Positions 12,701 to 23,700 of a stretch of DNA of 64,000 bases are shown here, piece by piece. The position numbers and the translations under genes were made by a program. The notes under the pieces were generated by a model. The model was not told where the DNA came from, did not search any database, and worked only from the letters and a program-made list of their open reading frames with translations. This DNA is from Gnetum montanum (taxonomy: Eukaryota > Plantae > Gnetophyta): the NCBI GenBank assembly GCA_015680685.1, contig MNCI01002529.1, positions 6,069-70,068 of the forward strand, read 5' to 3'. Position 1 is the first letter of the stretch; every line of letters starts with the position of its first letter.

Positions 12701-15700
12701 GATCGTTGTCTTCTCACTTGGAGCTAGGGAAGTGCAAAACGTATGGTTTAACTCTTAGTGAGACATATGATTAGATGATGTGATTGGCTCTAAGTGTTCT
12801 ATCGGTAAACATGGTGAAAATGAATATAAATCCTATTACTAAAAACAAAGAAAATGTAAAGCTATTCTATCCTACTGGCGATAAGTATTCGGTCCTGGCT
12901 TTCTGTACACACCTTAGGCTACTATAATTGTTATTGGGATTACTAAGTAACTCAACTACTGAGTTGTTAGCACTTGTCAACTATTGCATCCGTTCTCATG
13001 GGAGGAGTTGCGGTGGGCTTGAAATCCATGTAGTCCAACAAGGCCGAAAGACTGGATGGATGGTTGATTGAAATTTTTAGGGAGTATGAGGATCTCGTGG
13101 GATCCAATTTGCTGGATGCATACAATAGTATGCTCACTTGGCAGTAGGTTAGGGGGAAAATCATTTGCTCAAGGGTGTTGCTGCTTTTCAAGGTCCCAAA
13201 CTTGATAGCTCCAAGGCATTTTCGACCCATCAAGGTCTGCAACACGTTGCTACATGTTTTCTCCAAATTGTTGGTTGGATGCCTTGTGCCACTAATGGGG
13301 AAGTTGGTTGGGGAGCATCAGGTGGGGTTCGTTAAGGGTTAGTACCTGCAAGACCAGGTGTTGCTCTTGCAAGAGATCTTACACTCAGTTAAGATTGCTA
13401 GATTTTGAGACATGTGCATCAAACTGAACATAACCAAGGCTATGACATTGTGAGTTGGACGGCACTTAGGATGGTGATGATGGAAAAGGGGTTCGATGCA
13501 AAGTTTGTCAATCTTTGCATTCAAATGCAACGAAGTGGCAGGTATTCCCTTGACATTGATGGGAGGCTATGTGGGTTCGTGAGAACAAGATGTGGACTGA
13601 GGCAAGGGGATCCATTGTCACTGCTCCTGTTTATCATGGTCATGGACTTGTTCAAAGGCTATTGCCTTGACGAAGGTGTTCAAGTTCTGCAGGTTGCTGG
13701 AGTGCATAGTGTGGTAGCCCATTACGTGGATGATATGATGGTGTTTTCTAGGGCTGTGGTGCCATAGGCTGTGGCCTTGTTATTGGCAATGGAGAGGATG
13801 TAGCGGGAGGTAGGCCTAGAAGTCAACAAAGGAAAATCAGCCATTTATTGCACCCACATGGAGGGAAGGGTGTAGACCAACATTATATAGACGTTGGGCA
13901 TCCTACTAGGCCAAGCGCATGACACTTATCTAGGAATGCCTATTTTTGATTGGAATAGGCAGAGGACTTGGCAGGGACTGATAAAGCAGGTTTAGCAGTG
14001 GACCACACTTTGGACTAGCTACTTTCTGTCTAGGAAAGGGAAGATGGTATTGGCTGTGATGATATTGATGGCAATTGCCTGGTTTATAGTGTCCATGGCA
14101 ACACCTTCGGCCATGGTGGTGCAAAGAATTGATAGCATTGTGAGGGAGTTCGTGTGGTCAGGGGGTAAAGGGGGTAGGAAGATGCACTTGGTGTCATGGA
14201 TGGTAACAATGTGGCCCAAACTAGCGAGGGGCATTGGTATTCTGGGGCTTCGAGACAAGATGGCTTTGGGCACACACCATCTACTGAATAGGTACATGGC
14301 ATAGGTTGAGGGGGTAGCACCATGGGTGCAGATGCTACGGTAGAAATATTAGTGATGGGAGGTTCATCGGGAGTGCTCCCAAGTCTGGAAGAATTTCTGC
14401 TGCCATGCTGTTATGGTGGAGTAGCTCGGATTATTGGCGTAGTACCCAAAGGAACTGGTTAAATTTTGATACCTACAGGTAGAGGGTTGGGCAGCAATTT
14501 GGAAGGGTCGTTTCCCTGAAAAGGTCACGATGTTTGGATGGTTGTTGAAACACGAGGCATTCCCAATGAGGGCCACATTGAGAGAGAGGGGGATTAGGTT
14601 GGAAGTTAGTTGTCCACGCTGCTAGGAGGTGCCTGAAACATTGCATCATCTCATTTTTGGGCGTAGGTTCTCTCAAGAGGTGTGGCTGGTTGCAAATATC
14701 TCCCCCAGCGCAAGTTTCCATAGGGACTTTTTGCACCTTGCTACATTGTGGGTCCTGTGGAAATGTAGGAACTCTCTGATTTTTCGGGGACAACCACTTC
14801 CTACGGCCATGGCAGTGGTCAGAGAAGCATGTGGGCTATGGAAGGAGGCCACAAAGGCCATGGAGCAACACCTACTTTTTGAACCATCATGAACATAATT
14901 CTCTAAATTGCCTAAATTATGGGTGTTGGTTGCACGGATGGGGTGGGTGGAGATGCTCAAGTGCATGGAGGGAGAGCCGAACCTGCCTACTTAGCAGTTC
15001 TACGATAATTGGGTGGGAGACACTACACAATATAGGGGTAGGAGGATTGAAATCATAGTGCAAATGTTGGTTGTTTACGTTGGGGGTGGAGGACATAGGG
15101 GAATAATGGCCTTGGTTGTGAGGGCATAGGATGACGTGAGGGAGTTTTTCACAGGACACATTCCCAAGACTGCTAGGGGGGCACATTTGGAAGTTTGGAC
15201 TACGAGGGGTCTGGAGAGATGCAGCGCTCTTGGTGGAGTAGTATTTTGTGCAATCCAGGTACCCCCACAAACTGGTGGGGTGCATTTCACTTTTCTCAAG
15301 CACCTTTGGTAGGGCTCCCCAGTAAACCTGCCCCATTTTTTTGGGAATCCCTTCGTAGGAGGCGATTGGGGTGGCACCCTAGGGTGATCCTCGCACTATG
15401 GTGTGGGGGTGTGTCGACTATTCACCTGGTGCCAATGATTGTTTACCAAAGAAGGCAGCGCCAAGGGTAGTCTACCAGGGCACAAGTGCAGCATAATCGG
15501 GGCCCCAAGGTGGAGGGCATAGGGGCGGAAATGTCCATAGCCATGGAGGAATGGCTATTGGAAGAGTGCTGCTTGGCGGCCGAGCAGGCACAGCTGGAGG
15601 AGCAGGTGCAGTGGTAGCTCAAGTGGGAGAACATGCTGCAGGAGGCCTGAAGAGCAGCAAATGAGTTGTGCCTATAGGACCTCAGGTGCATGGAGGTGGT

Positions 15701-18700
15701 GATATTAGAGCACTGGACAGGATTGGCACAGCTTAGAGTAGAGAACCAATGACTGGCACTTGGGCTGGGATTGACAGGACAACAGATTGTAGTTGGCACA
15801 GATGCCTTAGAGACCTTGGCTGCGGCTGAGAGTCTGGGGTTTGGGTCGTAGTTTGTCGAGATTGTGGGATGCAGTAGTTTGGGGCTAGACGTGGGTAGGT
15901 AGTGCTATGGCCCCGTCGATAAGGGAGGGGGTGTCCTAGGCATTCCGTGGTGCATGTTGCATGTATGTCCCCTACTATTGGAAATAGGGGTTGAATATAT
16001 GGGGTGATGGTACTAGGGTTGTGTGAGAGGGCTACGCTGTGCAGGTGCGTAGGTGATCATGTGGTACGTTGCAGGTGACCGTTGTGTCACGTGGATGGGT
16101 TGTGTCGACTCCAGTCGATGATCTTTGTGTACATTTGTACATTATTTTTCTAGAATAAAATCGCTCGATTGTTTTCCAAAAAAGAGAAAAAAAACTCAAC
16201 TACTAAGCAAATCAAGTAAAGTCACTACTGGGTTACCAAACAACTACACTTTATGCTCAAAACCAATCGTACGTATTTTGCCCATATTAATAAACAATGG
16301 AATAGTAAATGACTTAAGAAGTGTAAATGACAAAGTAAAAGTAAAAGACATAGGAGTATAAATCTATTCTATGTAAGATGTTGCAATGATGAAGAACAAT
16401 CTCAATTTTTATTAGTGGTAATGAATTGTGTCTAGGAACAATTCACTTGAATAAAAATGTTGTACAACTATAATATGCCACATAGTAGGCATTCACAAAT
16501 AACTCTAAATTCACGAAAATAAATTGCAATACTTTTGCTAAAGGTTGGCAAAAAATGTTCCTTTGATACGATGGTAGACTCGTATTTATAGGCATGACTA
16601 TGGCCCACTACATCATATATTGAGCTACAATATCATATCTATGATATTGTAGTCGTTTACATCAAATGTTTTATTAATCTTCAACTTCTACAAATATCCT
16701 AAAATATTCCTTATATGGACATACATGAAATGATGCTTTAGAATCCATTATCCATTCATCAGATTGACTAAACTCACTTCTACACAAAGTATTATCAAGA
16801 GTGATCAAAGTTACACCAACTTCACCATTACTTTGATTACTTGATGATTCTTGGGAAGTAGCCTCCTTTGCTTTGCTCCTTTTCTCCTAATCATGATAGT
16901 TTCTTTTCAAATGACTAGGCTTGTGAAAATACCAACAACCTCTCTCTTTGCTTTGTGAACATGGCCTACTCTTGCTTTTGGCATCATCTCTGCTTCGAGT
17001 TGCTTGCTGTTGTGATCTACCTCGATTTTCAATGTTTAAAGCCTCTTTTCTAGATGATGTTGATTGCATAGATGCCTTTCTGTTTTTAGCATCCAACAAG
17101 GCTACCACACTAGATTTTGCCACAATAGTGCCAAGATCCAGTGTTGCCTATGCTACACTAATTGTTGTAACTATTGTTTCCCAACTCTTTGGAAGAGACC
17201 AACAACAAGGATTTAACCTCATCATCCAATACTACTTGCAGTGCTTTCAGTCCTAGTATAAGGAATCCACCATGGTGCTCTGGGTGAGCACTTATAGTCA
17301 AAGATCCATTCATCATATCTTTTTCCTACTATCACGTGCGTAATCACACTTATCAAATAAAGCTCCTACGCTATTGTACGATGCTATTGTATACTAATAT
17401 ATCCACATATATTTGTGGTATGTAGAGATTTCATGTTTCAGTGTGAAAAACAATTGTTAACTTCAAAGAGGTGCTAAGCCATTGTATTATTGGCCTTCAT
17501 CTTGAACTTGAATAATATTCTCATTTCATAAATTTTGTTTGCCCTTGATGGCTATTCATACAACTGATTAACTTTTTCTACAAGCCTTTTGCTATACTCT
17601 TAGCAATTAGTGAGGTTTGATCAAAGAGAGAGCTTTTTGATTCAACTTATCCCACTCTTTTTGGAACATGTTTTGAGGCTTCCTTTTTGCCTCCTCCGTG
17701 ATGGGAGGTTCACATTCTTTCTGATATAGAATATCTGTCATTAGAATTTTCCAAATCTGCTAATACACTACTATCTTTGTCAACCATCTTCAATACACTA
17801 CCAGTAATCTATAGGAAACCTTGCTTTGATACCACTTGTTGTGCTTAAAAATTAGGACTGAAAAATAAATTCACTCATGCAACCATTGACAACAGAAAAT
17901 ATAAGACGAGACAGATTTACATGGGAAAACCCCTCAAGGTGAAAGGAAATAACCACAGGAAAGTAGGCAGATTATTTTCTTCTTGAGAAATGAATTTCTT
18001 GCTTCATCTATTACCTCCCTCCCTCTCCTTCAAATAACCTTCAATCCCATAATTTTAGACATTTAATCAATAGATTAGGCAGTTAAAGATAATGATCAGC
18101 CTAACTGAATATCAGTGACTGATAACTTATTAGTCACATCTCATCAATCTTACTGACTTAAACACAGCAAAGAAGAAACTAATTACAAATTTCTTGATTG
18201 GAGATTAAAGAGAGAGAGAATCAAGGAATAGATTTTAGTTCATGGTTCAACAAGTAGGAAAACCAGAAATTAGATGTTGCACATTAATAATCTTGTTTAA
18301 ACAAACAATTGGCCTGCAAGCTCAATAATCATGAGGAGCAATAACTCATAAATCAAATATTGAAACTCTAATGGAAGGATCAAAACAAGTGCAGCCAACA
18401 TCAATCAACAAACAATGATGAATAATGTTAACAGATAATTTAATAGCTTTTTAAAATATTAGTATAGATACGGTATTAGCTTTTCTGCCTTGGATTTTGC
18501 TTATGCTAATAAATAAATGAATTTTGATTTTGCCAGATCTCAGGTTCAATTTCTTCAGATCAGAAAATTGATAATTATAAGACATTCAACATAATATCCA
18601 TTTTTGTTCTTTCTTTTTGTATTAATAACAGATCATTTCTAATTTACCAGTAATAATTATGTAGTTGTGCTTCTCGTTGCAGCTGCATCCCTTCTTTTGA

Positions 18701-20750
18701 ATTATATCATAAGATGCAAAGAAAGAGGTTTCAAAATGAAAACATGATAAACTGTAAGTCTAGGACATAAAACCAAGTAAAACACCTTCTCTTTTGGGCC
18801 ATTAATGATGCAAAATTTTCTATTTGATATTCATGACTTATTATTGCATCATTTGATGCCATGCAACCTTTCTACATCTATGGAGGAGCAACTTATATTC
18901 TACTAGCTGATGAAACTCTAAAGAATCATGCATAAAAAACATACAGAACATTCCCCATGATCATTACTTAAAAACAACACAACCATGATAGCCATAGTAT
19001 TCCTGATTTATGGGCCAGGTTCCTTCCACTTGATTTATTGGTTAAGTTTCTCAGCAGTGCATGTGTATATAGTTTTAAAAGAATCATTTATGCTACGCAA
19101 ACATGCTTGTTTCAGTCTTTGAAGCATAACATAACATCAATAAGAGATTTATGCATGACTGAAAATACAATCCTGGATCTCCACAGTTTACTAGTTAAAC
19201 AAATACATGGGAGATTAATGAAAATGGGTTTATTCATATTCTGAAGTTGGTCAAGTTTAGAAGAATTTTTTATGAGTCCCTCTCAGTATGTGAAGGAATG
19301 TGAATAAGCAGGTCATGGGTTTGCGATAGTTTTTTTACTTATTAGACTGTAATATTGAAGGGGAGAAGGGATAACAATTACCACTGAGAATTTAAGAGCT
19401 GTTATAATAGTTTCCAGATGTCTTTAAAACCTAGGTGGAGCATTTTCCATTAGTGATGAATATTCAGTATCACATTAACTTTATACTAGGTGCCACTATT
19501 CCAAATGAATGTGCCTATAGTATGTTGTTAATACAAGGGGGAGAGCCTAGTAGGTAGGTAACTGAGCTATTCTCTCAAAGTTTTATTAGAAAAATCATTT
19601 CTGGTATTTTGTTTTTTTCCAGAGGGTAATGTTAAGTCTACCTACGACACACCTCTAGGTTGGCAGCATAACAAGTGCAAAGGATGCAAAGGGTGCTAGT
19701 ATTGAACTTTGAACCTACTACCTTGATTACAAGGCTGTGCAAGTGTAGGACCCCTAATAACCACCTTTTAAAAGTCAGTATAATTTTTTTTTTTGTTTTC
19801 CAGTCCTCTAAAAACATAGGATTATACTTGCATTAGCAACTAATAAGAATGTGACTCATAATGATGGGATGATTATAGGGCCTATGTACCTCATTCCCTC
19901 ATTAGACTTAACAAGTTATTGATAGAATTAGACTTTGCCAATTCTCATAATCCCAAGGATTGATGCATCTATTGCATATCATCTATTTGTAGTAGTACTA
20001 TGATACCTTAAAAACTAGCTTTGTCCAAGGTGATTGCTAATACTTTGCATCACTTGCGAAGCTAAAAACCATCAAACATTTGTGTGACTCACTTGTTTCA
20101 AATTTTATTTATAAGCAGCAACAATGAATGTGGTTGGATGTACTCCTAGTCCTCCACTATAATTCTACCATACAAGATCATTTAGTCTATAATATGCTTC
20201 AAACAATTGTTGGGAACAACTTTGCCCCTGCAATGTGGCATTGCATTCACACATTAAGGGCCATCCAACTCGAAGAATCTGGTTATCATTTGGCCATGAG
20301 TGAGATTATCTTTAGGTTTTAAACTACACAAACAAAGTTTGGCTTAACCATCATTTTTGGACTATACCTCGATATAAGCCCAAGATAGGTGACCAGGGAT
20401 CATACATGAGGTGGGTACACACTTACGAATGACACCTGCATCATTGAGAACCTTCGGGTATTGTGCAACTCAACCCCCTTGGGTCCAATAGTTTAGGATA
20501 TTAAGTCAAAGCAACCATGTGCATGGGTAGGGTTGAATAGTGGTGCTTATCTCCACATCTAGGGCAGGGTAAATTTAAGTTTGAGAGAAGACGAAGATAC
20601 TGAAATAAATCTAAAATTATAATTATCAACACAGTTCATGGGAGTTGGGATTTAACAATTTTTCCCTTTCTTCTCAGCCTATGACATTTTTCATGCTCTT
20701 CAATGTCTGTAATTGGGAGATGAATCTTGGAAAGTAAATTACCAGCCTTT

Positions 20751-20784
<34 letters not shown>

Positions 20785-23700
20785 GTAACTGTTCTTGTTA
20801 TTCTCAGGCCAAAACAGTGAATGGGTAGTCTTTAATATCATTTCCAGAAAACAGAAAAAAAGAAACAAAGGGAAAATTCTATATGTGACTATTATCATTA
20901 TCATTATTACCATTCCCTATGAAATCAGAAAACAGTGAATAGTAAATAACACCCACACTTCCAGACCATTCAGGACCAGGTTCTCCTCATGTAGGAGGTG
21001 CTTCACTCGCTTCGAAGTTCGGGTTTCCCTAGGCTTTGCCTCAAGCTTGACATTACTAAGGCATACGACACTCTCAGCTGGGAGGCATTGCAGTCCATTA
21101 TGCACCTGAAAGGGTTTGATCAGCAGTTTATCCAGCTGTGCATTCACATGCAGTCCTCGGCCGATTTTTCTTTCGATGTGGGGGGGCGGTTGTGGGGCCT
21201 CTCCTCTCCAGGAAGGGGGCTGAGACAAGGGGACCCGCTCTCACCCCTTCTTTTCATCATCGCCATGGACTTAATGCAGCACTACTGCAGCACATTCAGG
21301 GTGGATGGTTTGGACATCGTCGGGGTGGCATATTGGGCCGAACACTATGCAGATGATACAATGCTGCTCAGTCGGGCGGCGGTCCCACAGGCACGATGCA
21401 TCAACGTTGCTCTGTCCCACCTGGCTACTGAATTAGGGCTGGAGATTAATCGGACCAAATCTTCAGCTCATTTCATTAATGTTGATGAGCAAATTAAAAA
21501 TCGGGTGGTGCAAATCCTGAACATTTTACCCAAGATGGGCAATGACACCTATCTGGGCATCCCCCTCTTTCGGTGGGGGCGAACCATGTCATGGGGACCG
21601 CTATTGGAAAAAATTGAGAGAAGAATGGGCCACTGGGCAAATCGATTCCTGAGCCGCAAAGGATGCCTGCTTGCGGCAACGGGGATCCTCATGGCAATTG
21701 CCCGATTCGTGGTGGCCGTTGCCACCCCCCTAGCGCCATCATCAATGAAATTAACATGCTGGTCCGTAGCTTCATCTGGGAGGGGGGCAATTGGGGGGGG
21801 GCAAGATCCACCTGGTCAGTTGGGAGCGGGTAGTGCACCCCCGGAACGCGGGTGGATTGGGCATCATGTCCTTCGAGGATGAATTGATGCTAGGACAACA
21901 ACGGTTGGTGCTTCAGTTTATGTGCTCACATGGAGAACTGATCGAGTGGATCCACATCATGAATGCAAAATATCTACGTTGGGAGGTGGAAGCGCGGGAT
22001 TCTAGGCCTTGGCAGGCGCTGTGCCGGCATGCTCGTGCAATGCAGATCCGCGGGTGGTTGGGTCTCGAGCCGCGCACCCTGTTAGCCGCCAAGTACTCCC
22101 AAATCGCCGGCTGGCAATAGATTTGGAAGGGTTGGCTACCCGAAAAAATAAATTTTTTTTTCTGGTTGGTTCAATGGGACACGCTACCCGTGCATGCCCT
22201 CCTATGTTGGCGCGGGATCTTACAGCACGACACTTGTCCCACATGCGGCGCGGCGGCAGAGATAGTTCAACACTTTGCGTACAACTGTGTGTGCATGCGC
22301 ACCACATGGCGCGCGACAGCGGTGATCCCTCATGTGCCTCACCGGCGATTCTTGGGCCACACTACTTTTATGGGTAGCGTGGAAAGCAAGGAATCACACT
22401 GTTTTCCTGCAGAAACGGCTCCTGCCCCCCAGCGGTTGGTCCTCTAGGCTCTCCATGCGTGGAAAGAAATCGAGGCGACGATGGGAATCACGCCTACATT
22501 TGAGCTGGACTGTGCCACGTTTCGGGAGGACGAAGAGCTCTGGCAGATGGTGACACAATGCGGCTGGTCTGACCCTTTGCAGTGGCTGGTCGGGGACCCA
22601 GATCTGGCAGACGACGCATTCTTCTCCAACTGGGCCGACGACCGCACCTTTTTTTGAGGGCGCGAGATTCTGATCATCGAGTCCTCAATCGCCAGCTGTT
22701 TGGGGGCCCAGATCGTTGGGGAGGTCATTCTGCCGTCCACCCGCGGCTTGCAGGACGTAGAAATGTTCTTCGACGGGCTCGTACCTCGAATCAGGAGCTG
22801 ACAGGTACCTAGATCTTCCCTGCCCTGTCTCTAGGCCCGGGTAGCAGATTTGGTGGACAGATTTTTTGTCCAGTCTGGCAACGGTTGCAAGCTCCAGGGC
22901 CTACACTTTGCTTTTCTGCGTTGTCTGAAGTTAGGTTGCCAGGTCAACCTCCCCTGCTTTTTTCTGAAGGCCTTCCTGCTCAAATGACGTGGCCGCCATT
23001 CTGGGCTAATTCTTGCCTTGTGGTAGGGGGTAGAGGGGGGGCAGCACCCGTTGTCTTCTGCCCCCCCGCGGGGGTCCCTTGGATTGCCCCCCTGTTGCAA
23101 GCCCCTAGGGCCCTGCAGTCTCGCCCGGCCAAGGGAGCCACTGGTCCCTTTGGGCTTCAACCTTCACGCGGGGCCGGTGGACCCAACGGGAGCGGCACCC
23201 CCTGCTCGCCTTGACAGACTAGTTTCCCCCCCACTGGAGACCTTTGGCCATAGGAGTTGGCACGAAGAGCTATGGCAAGCCATGCAGAGGGCTGCAGACG
23301 AGGCGCGGGAGGCTGAGCGGCGGGAGTGGGAAGCCAAATGGCATGAAGCCCTTGCGTAGGCCCAGGCCGACCTGGAAGCCCAAGTTTCGGAACGAGAACA
23401 TGAGCAGGTGAGGCAGCAGGACCTCATGGTCGAGGCTGCCAAGGCCCGCTTAATTGACGAAATTCGGGCCCAAGTGTGGGAAGAGTTGATTCAGGAGGAC
23501 TCGGCCCAGAGACAACGTCAGCAGGTGGAGCAGGCGAAGCAGGAGCGGCTTCAAGAGGAGGAGGATCAACGACAGCGGCAGCTCGATCGGGCTCACGAGT
23601 ACAACGCCCATCAATGGCTAAGAGGGGGGCGGGTCCTTGGCATCAGCTGTGAGAGCTCCTGGGGTGAGCTTAGGCACCATATCCGCCGGACCTCGGTGCG

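Larger units (their letters stand above)
11300..18000 (-). mobile_element. Degenerate Ty1/copia LTR retrotransposon (5' LTR part, PBS, gag, protease, integrase, SH3); 3'-truncated
   Basis: PBS TGGTATCAAAGC at 17834-17823; gag knuckle [13 protein letters not shown]; [13 protein letters not shown]; [14 protein letters not shown]; integrase [10 protein letters not shown]...LHTNTGREF; KCIFVGY; borders approximate. Confidence 0.85.
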
